NCBI GenBank assembly: GCA_963714275.1
Contig: CAVQNT010000002.1
Location: forward strand, 480,001-544,000
Direction: 5' to 3'
DNA: 64,000 bases
Origin: Candidatus Bathyarchaeota archaeon
GTDB lineage: Archaea; Thermoproteota; Bathyarchaeia; Bathyarchaeales; DTEX01
Part shown: piece by piece, positions 9,351 to 19,403 of the stretch
How the letters are laid out: each line of letters begins with the position of its first letter
Position numbering within the stretch: the first letter of the stretch is position 1
The notes under the pieces: model-generated
Database searches by the model: none
The model's input: only the letters and a program-made list of their open reading frames with translations
Told to the model about the DNA's origin: nothing
Position numbers and translations under genes: made by a program

Positions 9351-10151
9351 TTAAAATCTCCTTCCAAAATGGAATCTTGGTCTGTGAATCTGATTGTTTT
9401 TAACGGGTTCATCGCGGATTTTGGTTCCGGTGAGTTTTATGAAAGCATCTTCCAATGTCGCATCTTGGCCGACTGAAGCCTTAAGGTTACTAGGCGTGTC
9501 TAGAGCAATGATCTTCCCGTAGTCGATGATCCCTATTCTGTCTGAAAGGCGGTCTGCCTCATCCATATAATGTGTCGTTAGGAGAATCGTCCTTTTGTCT
9601 TCGTGGTTCAGTCGTTTTACGAGTTCTCGGATGTTGTGGGCGGTTGTCGGGTCAAGACCAATTGTAGGTTCATCTAGGAAGATGATTTCTGGATCATGGA
9701 TAAGTGCTCTGACAATGTTGAGGCGTTGCCTCATGCCTGAGGAGAAGCTGCCAACGCGGGTTTTCCTAAAATCCCACAGATCAACTAACTTCAGGAGTTC
9801 TTCACTTCTCTGCTTGAGAGATTGAGAATCCATGCCGTATAATCGACCGAAGATACCGAGGTTCTCCAACGGTGTCAAACGATCATAGGCTACAAGCTTC
9901 TCGGTGACAACGCCGATCTTCTTTCTTACCTTATCCGCTTCTTTCACAACGTCGAAACTATCAACTTCAGCCTTACCCTTAGTTGGTATGAGAAGAGTGC
10001 AAAGCATTTTTATCGTAGTAGTTTTACCAGCACCGTTTGGACCAAGAAGCCCGAAAATTTCGCCTTGGTTAACATCGAAGCTGATCCCGTTAACCGCGAC
10101 GAAGTTGCCAAAAGATTTGGTTAAATCTTCAGTGTGAATCGCAAAAGACAT
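9351..10151 (-). CDS. ABC-2 type ATP-binding protein (DrrA-like)
   Basis: GPNGAGKTT, FSSGMRQR, LDEPT, TTHYM. Confidence 0.92.
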   Translation of the reverse strand: MSFAIHTEDLTKSFGNFVAVNGISFDVNQGEIFGLLGPNGAGKTTTIKMLCTLLIPTKGKAEVDSFDVVKEADKVRKKIGVVTEKLVAYDRLTPLENLGIFGRLYGMDSQSLKQRSEELLKLVDLWDFRKTRVGSFSSGMRQRLNIVRALIHDPEIIFLDEPTIGLDPTTAHNIRELVKRLNHEDKRTILLTTHYMDEADRLSDRIGIIDYGKIIALDTPSNLKASVGQDATLEDAFIKLTGTKIRDEPVKNNQIHRPRFHFGRRF

Positions 10152-10186
10152 GCATTAACCTCCAAAAGTATGCCCTAATATTTTTT

Positions 10187-11483
10187 TTATTCGTACCTCA
10201 ATGCTTCGACGGGTTTGAGTTTTGATGCTCGCCAAGCAGGATACAAGCCGAAAAGAACGCTCGTAGCAACCCCGAAAACTAACGCGCCTACGAGAACTGT
10301 AGGAGTTAAAACCGGGGTTATGCTGAAAATTGCTCCAGTTCCTTGACCGTTCAATTGACTGTTTCCCCCTCCACCCAGTAGGGCTAGACCGAATCTTGAA
10401 ACGAAGTTTGATAACCCAAATCCAAAGCCTATGCCAATCACTGCGCCTAATATACCAACCAAAGCAGCTTCGCAGAGAAATATCACCAGAACTGTCCGGT
10501 TCTTCATACCTAATGACTTTAGGATCCCAATTTCTCTGGTACGCTCCATTACTGAAACGATCATGATGTTCATTATGCCTATTCCTGCAACCAGTAACGA
10601 AATCCCAGCTAATCCAGTGAGTAAAAGTTGAACCGTTGAGAGTATACTGGAGAAGGTATTCAACAATGCTGCAGGGGACATAACTGTTACCTTATTGTCA
10701 AATAAAGTTTCTGTATCTGCAGTCACTGAGTCTATAGTTGTCTGCTCGCTGTTAACAAGTTGAATCATAATTTGGTTAACTTGGTCAGTTTCGAAAATTG
10801 TCTGGGCTGTTGATATCGGGATGTAAACTTGAGTGTCCGAGGGTCCGCTTATACTAAACCCCCCGATTTCTTTAAGAACACTCACAACATGAAACACGTA
10901 ACTCTTTGTTACTGGTTTAGTAATAGATCCAGTGGTCCAAGTCACATTAATGTAGTCGCCTACTTCAGCGAAAATGGTTCCATTCTTCCAAGGATCAGCT
11001 ATCCTAGCACCTAAAATTATGGTGTCGTTTGCCAGGTTAAGTGGTATTGACCCGCTTTCCGCGAGAAACGATGTGCTGTAGAGCTCTGAATATTCAGTGA
11101 AATTGATGCCTACAGCGGAAACTGTTAATGTTTTTCCACCTGAAGAAAGGCCTATGGCTTTTGATGTTATGGCTGTGGACAGTTTGACACCTGTTATCCC
11201 GTTGATCGCATACGAGTCATTCAAGGTTAAGTATTCATCTGAAGATCCTCCGCCACCACCTAGTCCAAACCCGATTCCTCGACCTGCTGTCACTGTTAAG
11301 ACATCCAAAGCGAAACCGCGTTCAAACTGGCTAGTTATCACGACCCTGAAGCCTTCGCCGAGTGAGAGGAGAGCAACAATAGATGCGATGCCGATAACTA
11401 TCCCTAATGTAGTAAGGGCAGCTCTTCAGCTTCCGCAGTCTAATGCCGCCCCAAGCATAAGAGAAAATATCCAGAATGTTCAT
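10187..11483 (-). CDS. MacB/FtsX-like ABC permease, single frameshift near 11425
   Basis: MNILDIFSYAWG...KL joins (R)AALTTLGIVIGIASIVALLSLGEG after removing one base; C-terminal ERTREIGILKSLG and YPAWRASKLKPVEALRYE. Confidence 0.88.
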
Positions 11484-11484
11484 T

Positions 11485-12181
11485 TCAGTCACTTTCTCCT
11501 TTGTTGCTTGTTTCTTCAATTCTGCCGTCTAGAAGACGAATAATATGTTTGGCATGTTTCAGCTATGTTTTGGTCGTGTGTGATCATGATGATTGTGACT
11601 CCTCTTTCCTCGTTCAGACTTTTGAGTAAAACAATCAACATGTCTGCTGTTTTTGAGTCGATGTTTCCAGTCGGTTCATCTAACAAGAGAAACCGAGGAC
11701 TATTCGCGAGAGCTCTTGCAATGGCTACCCTTTGCTGTTCTCCCCCGCTTAGCTCAGTCGGGTTATGTTCAGCACGTTCACCTAGGCCAACAGATTTTAA
11801 AAGCTCCTTGGTCTTTTCTTTTCTTTCTCGCCTGTCAACTCCTGCTATGGCTAAAGGAAGCTCCACGTTCTCGCTAGAGGTGAGCCTCGGAATCAAGTTG
11901 AAGAATTGAAACACAAAGCCTATATGCCGTCTTAACTCCGCAATTTGATCGTCATTTAAAGCTGAAACGTCCACTCCGTCAATCAGCACTTTTCCCTCCG
12001 TCGGCTTGTCGAGGGCACCGATCATGTTCAGAAGGGTTGACTTACCAGATCCTGAAGGACCGACAATTGCGAGGAAATCGCCACTGTCAATATTCAAGTT
12101 CACACTGCGCAGGGCGTTGACCGGAACCTTACCAAGCATGTAAGTTTTCTTCAGGTTAATTGTCTGAACAATCGTTGCCAT
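11485..12181 (-). CDS. LolD/MacB-type ABC ATP-binding protein, frameshift near the C-terminus
   Basis: GPSGSGKST, LSGGEQQRVAIARAL, DEPTGN; the shifted frame restores HAKHIIRLLDGRIEE with a stop at 11485-11487. Confidence 0.9.
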
Positions 12182-12212
12182 GTCAGGTCACACATTTTCT
12201 TGTCTAAAGCTA

Positions 12213-13169
12213 TCACTTGGTCAGGTATCTCCATGAGAGTGCTATCCCAATGAATGAGACCACAACTGCGAAGATGCTCAGAAAGGTTAAGTCAAACATC
12301 AATAATGAAACATCCAATGGAAGAATTATGAGTTGCCTAAGGGCATCTGTCAAGTAGCTTATTGGGTTTGCATGTGCTATTACCTGAATCCAATCCGGCA
12401 TCATGGATATTGGGAAGAAGGTGTTGCTTGCAAACATCAGTGGCAGGTTAATTAGGTTCACGATTGCCATTTGTGTTTCCTGTCTGGTTGACCTCAAAGC
12501 AAGCGCTAAGAACACTGAAGATAGTCCAACGCAAAGTAGGAATATTGCAGCATATACGCCTAGTATGTTAAGCGGATTGAAGGTTGAGCTGACTTGCAAA
12601 CCGAATATTACTGCGAGTATGAGGATTATTGTAGCTTGGAACATTGCCCTTAAAGCTGCGTTGAGAACCTTTGAGAATATTATTGCTCCTCTAGATACGG
12701 GGGTGCTAAGAACCTTATTCAGAAATCCTAAACGTCTATCCCAGACAATAGACATACCACTGAACATCGTTGTAAACATCACAATAAAAGATATCATGCC
12801 GACGGACATGTAGCTGAAGTAATCCTTGACGCCGAAGATGTTTTGCATCGCATTTGGGCCAATGTTAGCGAGTATCCCTTGGAACATTGCTGAAAGCTGA
12901 CTGCCAGGAATAGTTATGTACCCAACTACTGCAGGTGTGGCATAACTACCGGGTAAAGTAAGGTTGGGTATGTTTATGTTGCCAAAGTTGCCACTTGAGA
13001 ACATATTACCTATGTTCATCGCTTTTCCGAATAGTCCCATCCATAGTACTGGCTGAAGTATTGCCATTAAAAGAATTATGGGTTCTTTTAACCATTTTTT
13101 TAGCTCTCGTTTAGTTAAAGCCCAGATGCCATGAAATTTGCTTGGATGATACTCATTTATCTTGCTCAT
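12213..13169 (-). CDS. ABC-2 type permease (DrrB-like)
   Basis: WDRRLGFL, NLPLMFASNTFFP and NPISY motifs; multiple TM segments. Confidence 0.88.
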   Translation of the reverse strand: MSKINEYHPSKFHGIWALTKRELKKWLKEPIILLMAILQPVLWMGLFGKAMNIGNMFSSGNFGNINIPNLTLPGSYATPAVVGYITIPGSQLSAMFQGILANIGPNAMQNIFGVKDYFSYMSVGMISFIVMFTTMFSGMSIVWDRRLGFLNKVLSTPVSRGAIIFSKVLNAALRAMFQATIILILAVIFGLQVSSTFNPLNILGVYAAIFLLCVGLSSVFLALALRSTRQETQMAIVNLINLPLMFASNTFFPISMMPDWIQVIAHANPISYLTDALRQLIILPLDVSLLMFDLTFLSIFAVVVSFIGIALSWRYLTK

Positions 13170-14170
13170 CTTGCCCTTGCCCTCCCCATGGTTATCCTTT
13201 GTGCTCTAAAAGCCTCCTTAGACTCTTCTGTGTCACGTATGGATTTGCCTGTGAATTCTAGGTAGACCTCGTTCAGAGTAGGTTCTGTAAGCATAAGTTT
13301 CGTCACAGTGTAACCTTTTCTCCTTAAAGTTTCAATTACTAAGGGCGCTGTTACTTCTCCATTCTCTACCTTGATTCGATACGAGCCATCTTCCTTCTTG
13401 ACCTCCTTTACATTCTTTACAGAGCGAATAAGTTCAGTCACATTAGAATCATCCTTAATGTTTAAGGTAATAATGTCGCCACCTAAGCTATGCTTCAGAT
13501 CTTCAGGTGTGCCAACCACAACTATTTTTCCATGATCAATTATTGCAATACGGTCACAAAGTGAATCCGCTTCTTCAAGATAGTGCGTAGTCATGAAAAG
13601 TGTCATACCGTATTCCTTCTTCAATTTCCTGATATAGTCCCAAGTTGCAGTTCTAGTTTGAACATCTAAGCCCAACGTGGGCTCATCAAGAAAAAGAACT
13701 TTAGGCCTGTTTATCAGTCCGCATGCTAGCTCAAGCCTACGACGCATTCCACCAGAGTAGGTTTCAACATTCTTGTCCTTAAAATCGGTTAGCTCAACAA
13801 GTTTTAGCAAATCCTCAGAACGCTCTTTTGCAACATCATGTGGAATTCCGTATAAATCAGCACATAAAATGATGTTTTCCAAACCAGTCAAATCTTCATC
13901 AGCAGTGTACTCCTGTGGAACAACACCAATCACCTTCCTAACATCATCGTGTTGCTTGGAAATGTCGAAGCCTAAGACAGAAGCCGTGCCTTCAGTAGGC
14001 TTCAATAATGTAATTAACATATTTATCGTTGTAGTTTTCCCAGCACCATTTGGACCAAGAAAGCCAAAAATTTCACCATTTTTCAAGCTAAAGTCTATAT
14101 GATCTACTGCAATCAAATGCTTGTTAAAGACTTTCGTCAGTCCCTTGGCTGTAATTATATCATCACTCAT
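13166..14170 (-). CDS. ABC-2 type ATP-binding protein (DrrA-like, with C-terminal accessory domain)
   Basis: GPNGAGKTT, YSGGMRRR, LDEPT, TTHYLEEAD. Confidence 0.92.
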   Translation of the reverse strand: MSDDIITAKGLTKVFNKHLIAVDHIDFSLKNGEIFGFLGPNGAGKTTTINMLITLLKPTEGTASVLGFDISKQHDDVRKVIGVVPQEYTADEDLTGLENIILCADLYGIPHDVAKERSEDLLKLVELTDFKDKNVETYSGGMRRRLELACGLINRPKVLFLDEPTLGLDVQTRTATWDYIRKLKKEYGMTLFMTTHYLEEADSLCDRIAIIDHGKIVVVGTPEDLKHSLGGDIITLNIKDDSNVTELIRSVKNVKEVKKEDGSYRIKVENGEVTAPLVIETLRRKGYTVTKLMLTEPTLNEVYLEFTGKSIRDTEESKEAFRAQRITMGRARAR

Positions 14171-14717
14171 CTTTTGACTCCCCTAATTTCCGGTTTATGT
14201 CCTCAAGTTTTTCTGCTGTCTCATCTAGAACCTTGCAAGCTTGATTCAGGGCTTCCTCAGAGAATTTTTCTTCCAAACTGCCTCCAATCTCGAAAAATGC
14301 TGACATCAACCTGCGCATCGTTTCTCTGATCTCAACCGTTTTTTCTGGAGGTATTTTGAACCATAATGCTCCTAGAAAAGGAGGAGTGAAAAGTTTTGCT
14401 TCTTTCCTGAATCTTGTCCTAATTTTTTTCTGCTCCTCAAGAAGATTCTTACCATTTTGTGTGAGCTGATAACGTTTGAGTCCATTCAGATCAGTTGGCA
14501 ACTCCTCCACATAATTGTTATCCTGCAACCAAGCTAAGAGCGGATAAACTGAACCTGGACTCGGTTTCCAATGTCCATTTGTCCTCTTCTCTATTTCATC
14601 CATTATCTCTGACCCAGACATCGGCTTCTCGCCTAAGGACTCAAGAACATGATAACGTATGAAACCTTTAGGTACCATTGCTGTATGTCTCATCCAGTGT
14701 CTTCCATGCTCAGCCAT
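14163..14717 (-). CDS. PadR-family transcriptional regulator
   Basis: KPMSGSEIM...WKPSPGSVYPLL...YQLTQNG PadR wHTH motif; probable start at MAEHGRHW (14717). Confidence 0.88.
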   Translation of the reverse strand: MAEHGRHWMRHTAMVPKGFIRYHVLESLGEKPMSGSEIMDEIEKRTNGHWKPSPGSVYPLLAWLQDNNYVEELPTDLNGLKRYQLTQNGKNLLEEQKKIRTRFRKEAKLFTPPFLGALWFKIPPEKTVEIRETMRRLMSAFFEIGGSLEEKFSEEALNQACKVLDETAEKLEDINRKLGESKDE

Positions 14718-14720
14718 TTT

Positions 14721-14770
14721 TATATCACCATTGATATCGCCATTGATTTCAATAGTGATATTTAAACATA
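14721..14770 (-). promoter_or_regulatory. Putative PadR operator (GATATC-like units at 12-bp spacing) and TATA box
   Basis: TATATC 14721, GATATC 14733, GATTTC 14745 and GATATT 14757 lie between a minus-strand TTTAAATA and the padR start. Confidence 0.5.
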
Positions 14771-14944
14771 ATGGAATCATCCCCTAAATCATACATTATT
14801 AGTCGAGTTAAAAAAAAACAATTTCTCATCATAAACGCATAAGTAATGCCACTTTTTATCATGATGTAGGATGAGATTCGTGCAAATCTACGTTTAATTC
14901 CACGCATTCATGAATCTTGAAGATCTTACGTAAATTATGTCTTT

Positions 14945-15320
14945 TTACTCGTTATGTCGGGGCTTACCATTGAATTTTGTTAAGTCAATTATCGGTAGTT
15001 CATTTCCGTCAGGATTTGCCAAAATCGCGAATTTTCCACATCTTACTTTAAAAGGCTCTAAGACCACCCAATACCCTTTCTTTTTATATTCATCACAAAA
15101 TATTTGAACATTTTTACTAGAAAACTGAATGAAGGATTTGGTAAACTTGAATCATCGTGGACTACTATCTCAGAATCTCCTTCTGGAAAAACGAAACCTA
15201 TCATCCCCAATTTTTTCAGTCCAAACACGCTTTAAACCCAGAACATTCTCATAAAACTCAGCTGCCTTTTCAAGGTCCACAAAAAAACATAATATTGTCA
15301 ATCTAAAGCAATGCATCCAC
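14945..15320 (-). pseudogene. VOC/glyoxalase-family gene remnant
   Basis: Manual translation IDNIMFFVDLEKAAEFYENVLGL...FSFLV...VRCGKFAILANPDGNELPIID; in-frame TAG near the 5' end plus frameshifts; absent from the ORF track. Confidence 0.75.
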
Positions 15321-15372
15321 ATGTTTCACCTTTTTTTGTCATATAATATCCAAAAACATTAATTTAAAAAAG

Positions 15373-15457
15373 TGCGGGAGGTGGGATTTGAACCCACGAA
15401 CCCCTTCGGGACAGGCGCCTCAGGCCTGCGCCTTTGACCTGGCTTGGCAACCCCCGC
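15373..15457 (-). tRNA. tRNA-Leu(GAG)
   Basis: GCGGGGG...CTCCCGC-A acceptor stem, anticodon loop CT-GAG-GC, long variable arm, GGTTCAAATCC T-loop; CCA not encoded. Confidence 0.95.
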
Positions 15458-15597
15458 ATGAGTTGAGCATATTTAACGGTGTATCCTTAATTAAGTTTTT
15501 TTGGAATCAAGTCCAAGGTTTTTCTCAACCAATAAATACTTGTAGGCTACCAATCATAAACGAAACCTGTCGCCAGAAACAGAGAGGCAACAAACGA

Positions 15598-16584
15598 ATG
15601 TTCAATGAACTGGTAATCTTTGCCCTCGGATTAGCCTCTTCCTTCGCAACGATGCCGTTGGTCATAAAAAAGATGAAGGAGAAACAGATTGGCGGACCCG
15701 ACATACACAAGAAGGATCGTCCATTCGTTCCAGAAATGGGCGGCTTAGCAGTCTTAGCAGGCACAACCGTAAGCGTTGTAGCGGTAGTAATGCTTTTACC
15801 AGAAATGTTTGGTGTCGCAGCGAGTTTTCTCGGTTCCACCCTTATTGCGGGTCTTATTGGGGCGATTGATGATTTTAAATCTTTGAATGCGAAGGTTAAG
15901 CCCCTCCTTACATTGTTCGCTGGCTTGCCCATACTTGTTTTGCACACTTACAATCCCATGGGCTTAGTTTTCCCCATAATTGGACAAACGCGGATGACGA
16001 TGGTTTACCCGTTTCTCATTCCCATCGCTATCGCTGTAACCTCGAACGCCGTAAACATGATGGACCCATTCAACGGAACAATGTCTGGACCATGCGCCTT
16101 GATAACCGTCTTTATGTTGCTGTCGGCGCTTCTTCTCGGACGAAGCGAAGCCTTGATCCTGTGCCTTTGCCTGCTTGGACCGTTGCTGGTGCTTTTCTAC
16201 TTTAACAAATTCCCCTCAAGAGTCTTTTCTGGCGACGTTGGCAGCCTCAGCATCGGCGCAGCGTTAGGAGCCATCGCCGTGATTGGTAGACTCGAAGTAG
16301 TAGCCGTGGTTGCCTTCGCTCCCCAAATAATGAACGCCTTCTACGGGCTTTCCTCCATGGGCAGACTTTACGAAAGACGAGAGGTTTCACGCCCCGTCGC
16401 CATTCTCGAAGATGGAAGACTGATGGCGACCAAAGACCTAAAAGCACCGATAACTCTTGCTCGAGTAATCCTTGCCAGAGGTCCTCTATTCGAAAATGAG
16501 GCTGCGAAGATATTCTTTGTTTTAGCTGCAATATCAGGAATCTTAGCTTTGGCAACTGCATATTTGATTATGGTGACACCATGA
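15598..16584 (+). CDS. MraY/GPT-family polyprenyl-phosphate HexNAc-1-phosphate transferase (AglH-like)
   Basis: PEMGG, GAIDD, NAVNMMD and FSGDVG motifs; true start is probably the ATG at 15598 because the longer ORF overlaps the tRNA. Confidence 0.88.
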   Translation: MFNELVIFALGLASSFATMPLVIKKMKEKQIGGPDIHKKDRPFVPEMGGLAVLAGTTVSVVAVVMLLPEMFGVAASFLGSTLIAGLIGAIDDFKSLNAKVKPLLTLFAGLPILVLHTYNPMGLVFPIIGQTRMTMVYPFLIPIAIAVTSNAVNMMDPFNGTMSGPCALITVFMLLSALLLGRSEALILCLCLLGPLLVLFYFNKFPSRVFSGDVGSLSIGAALGAIAVIGRLEVVAVVAFAPQIMNAFYGLSSMGRLYERREVSRPVAILEDGRLMATKDLKAPITLARVILARGPLFENEAAKIFFVLAAISGILALATAYLIMVTP

Positions 16585-16817
16585 TTCGCAGGATCCTCGA
16601 TTTTGTCTTCATCCTTCTCTTTGTTTGGGCATGCATGATACTAGGATTGGTGGTGATCGACCGGGTGATCGTGCCCATGCAGCTTCCCGGAATCACGGAC
16701 ATTTTCTTAACAGGCATACTAAAAGTCGGCGTCAGCGCGAGTTTGGTTCTGTTTTGGCTGTGGCTTTGGAGAGAAATCGTGAAAAAAATGTTCTGGCACG
16801 CAATGAAGGAACAATAA
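16581..16817 (+). CDS. Small two-TM membrane protein
   Basis: 78 aa, two hydrophobic helices, ATGA overlap with the upstream gene. Confidence 0.7.
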   Translation: MIRRILDFVFILLFVWACMILGLVVIDRVIVPMQLPGITDIFLTGILKVGVSASLVLFWLWLWREIVKKMFWHAMKEQ

Positions 16818-16862
16818 AGCTATATGAACAACTTGCTTGCTAGCTGACTAAAGTGGTAGACA

Positions 16863-17930
16863 ATGAAAATCGCCATTGACATTCTAACCCCGAAACAGTG
16901 CATGTTCTTTTCAAAGCTCTCTGAAAAACTTGAAAGCAGAGGTCACAAAGTTTTAAGGACAACCCGAAAATACCGCGAAGTAAACCAACTGCTGACATTA
17001 AAAGGAATGGATGCCAAGGTCGTCGGAGAACACGGCGGAGGAAATCTAGCTGACAAGCTAAAAGCTAGCGCACAAAGAATTTTCGAATTAACCACCATAA
17101 TGAACGAGTTCAAGCCTGACGTGGCTATCTCGTTTTCGTCTCCAGAAATGGCTCGAACCGCATATGGACTAGGAATCCCTCATGCCTGTATCAACGATTC
17201 TCCCCATGCGGAGGCAGTTGCTAGACTAACAGTTCCGCTTTCCACGAAGCTCCTAACACCGAAAATAATCCCCAAAAAGGCTTGGACAAAATACGGAATA
17301 TCCCCAGATAAAATCGTTCAGTACAACGCCTTGGACCCTTGGGTATGGCTTAAGGACTTTAAGCCTGACCATCGAATCATTGGTCAACTCAGGCTGGATC
17401 AGTCAAAACCGATAGTAACTTTTAGAACCGAGGAGACTTTCGCCTCATACCTTTTAGGCAGAAGTCCAGCTGGGTCAACAATCATACCGCTAATAAAACA
17501 GATCCTGAAAAAAAGGAGCGACATTCAGGTTGTTGCTGTTCCAAGATACGAAGAACAGAAGAAAACCTTTCTGGAAGTCTTTGGAGATACGATAACTATT
17601 TGTGAATCTGTTGTTGATGGTTCAAGTCTTCTATCTTATTCCTCATTATTTGTTGGCGGAGGAGGAACCATGACCACAGAGTCCACACTGTTAGGTGTCC
17701 CAACTTTCTCCTGCTATCCGGGTGAACCCTTCGTGATGTTGAAATATCTCGTTAAAAACAAATTAGTTTCACTTGAAAGAAACCCCGTTAAACTATTAAA
17801 AAAAATTCTATTAACATTAAACAATCTGGAGACCGTTAGAAAAACGCAATCTGAAAGAATTCAAAGGCTGGTTAAGGATTTCGAGGATCCAATAGAGGTA
17901 ATCGTAAAAGAAGTTGAAAAGTTGGATTAA
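16863..17930 (+). CDS. DUF354-family GT-B-like protein
   Basis: MKIAIDILTPKQ N-terminus, GEHGG, GGGGTM..E..LLGVP. Confidence 0.82.
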   Translation: MKIAIDILTPKQCMFFSKLSEKLESRGHKVLRTTRKYREVNQLLTLKGMDAKVVGEHGGGNLADKLKASAQRIFELTTIMNEFKPDVAISFSSPEMARTAYGLGIPHACINDSPHAEAVARLTVPLSTKLLTPKIIPKKAWTKYGISPDKIVQYNALDPWVWLKDFKPDHRIIGQLRLDQSKPIVTFRTEETFASYLLGRSPAGSTIIPLIKQILKKRSDIQVVAVPRYEEQKKTFLEVFGDTITICESVVDGSSLLSYSSLFVGGGGTMTTESTLLGVPTFSCYPGEPFVMLKYLVKNKLVSLERNPVKLLKKILLTLNNLETVRKTQSERIQRLVKDFEDPIEVIVKEVEKLD

Positions 17931-18031
17931 CGCCTCCAATTAGGCTTCGTTAACCTTAAAATACCCAGACAAATAGAATATTGTTTTACCCTTCAAGCAA
18001 CCTGAATAACCAACCTATTTGGTGGAATTAA

Positions 18032-19402
18032 ATGACGGATGCAATGATGCTCAAGGAAAAAGGCTTAGCGGATCCCAATGAACGCGGAAACTACGTTGTA
18101 ACAGTGGTCGGATGCGGAAGGATGGGATTACCCACAACATGTTTGTTTTCTGACGCAGGATTCAAGGTCACATGCCTGGACACTGATCCATATGTCGTAA
18201 GTCAGATTAACAAAGGAATCAGCCCTTTTGTTGAGCAGGGACTAAGCCAGCTGCTAAAAAAGAACTTAAAAGAAGGACGCATCTCAGCAACGACGGACCC
18301 GAAAGACGCGGTTGCGAAAAGCAGCATCATAATCTTGACTGTTGATACGCCTCTTGACGAAAAAAAACAGCCTGACTATTCAAGCTTGGAAGGTTCATGC
18401 AGAAATGTCGGGTTGAACATGAAACGTGGAACGTTGTTAATAGTTGGGTGCACAGTCGGTCCTTCTGTGACTGAAACTTTGGTTAAAGAAACCTTGGAAG
18501 CGTCTTCTGGACTAAAAGCAGGCGTAGATTTCGACTTAGCCTACAGTCCAATTCGGGCAACCGTTGGCAAGACAATTGAAGACATGATCAAATATCCCAG
18601 AATCTTGGCGGGTATTGACAAGCAAAGCCTGACAGCAGCAAAAGCGGTGCTTAAAACAATCACAAAGGGCGAAATAATTGAAATTTCCAATTTTAGAACA
18701 GCTGAAGCTATCAAGCTTTTTGAGAACATTTACCGTTATGTCAACATCTCCTTAGCCAATGAGTTTGCACAGTTTTGCGAATCAGCGGGAATAAACTATT
18801 TCCAATCTATGAAGGCAGCCAACACGCAACCATTCTGCCATTTGCTCAAACCAGGAATCGTTGGCGGAAACATCCCTAAAGATCCGTTTCTGCTGCTTAG
18901 TGAGGCTGAAGATTTGGGCTTAAAATTAAAGATGACCACATTGGCTAGAAAAATAAATGACGATATGTTGAAACATGCTTACATATTGGTTAAAGATACC
19001 CTTCGCCACTGCGATAAGCCTGTAAGAAGGTCACGCGTCGTAGTGTTAGGAGCGTCATATCGTCCCAATGTGAAAGAAACCAGAGGGTCACTTGTACCGG
19101 AGCTAGTTAAACTCCTGAAAAGGATGGGCGCTCGGGTCAGCGTCTTCGATCCCTATTTCACATATAAGGAACTACGAGATTTAGGATATACGACTGAACC
19201 AACTTTAGAAAAATTGGTTGAAGGTGCAGATTGTTTGCTCATCGCCATAGGACATAACAAATTCAAACGTTTAACATTAGGAAAAATCGGCGTGCTCATG
19301 AAGAAACCTTCTGCCCTTGTGGACTTGGCTCACGTAATCAGCCCTTCAAAAGCAATGAGTGAAGGCTTTGTTTACCGCAGTCTAGGAATAGGAGCGTCTT
19401 AA
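18032..19402 (+). CDS. UDP-GlcNAc/ManNAc dehydrogenase-family protein lacking the catalytic Cys
   Basis: GCGRMG Rossmann motif, AEAIKLFENIYR..N...ANE and a C-terminal UDP-binding domain; active-site loop reads PGIVGGNIPKDP instead of GGHCIPKDP. Confidence 0.85.
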   Translation: MTDAMMLKEKGLADPNERGNYVVTVVGCGRMGLPTTCLFSDAGFKVTCLDTDPYVVSQINKGISPFVEQGLSQLLKKNLKEGRISATTDPKDAVAKSSIIILTVDTPLDEKKQPDYSSLEGSCRNVGLNMKRGTLLIVGCTVGPSVTETLVKETLEASSGLKAGVDFDLAYSPIRATVGKTIEDMIKYPRILAGIDKQSLTAAKAVLKTITKGEIIEISNFRTAEAIKLFENIYRYVNISLANEFAQFCESAGINYFQSMKAANTQPFCHLLKPGIVGGNIPKDPFLLLSEAEDLGLKLKMTTLARKINDDMLKHAYILVKDTLRHCDKPVRRSRVVVLGASYRPNVKETRGSLVPELVKLLKRMGARVSVFDPYFTYKELRDLGYTTEPTLEKLVEGADCLLIAIGHNKFKRLTLGKIGVLMKKPSALVDLAHVISPSKAMSEGFVYRSLGIGAS

Positions 19403-19403
19403 A

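Larger units (their letters stand above)
500..15372. mobile_element. Putative tRNA-Leu-anchored accessory island
   Basis: Orphan AT-rich genes, gene remnants and transporter arrays abutting the tRNA 3' end; no integrase or att duplication seen. Confidence 0.3.

Noticed and set aside
15388-15597. N-terminal extension of the MraY/GPT ORF
   Set aside because: It overlaps tRNA-Leu on the opposite strand; the ATG at 15598 is the plausible start.
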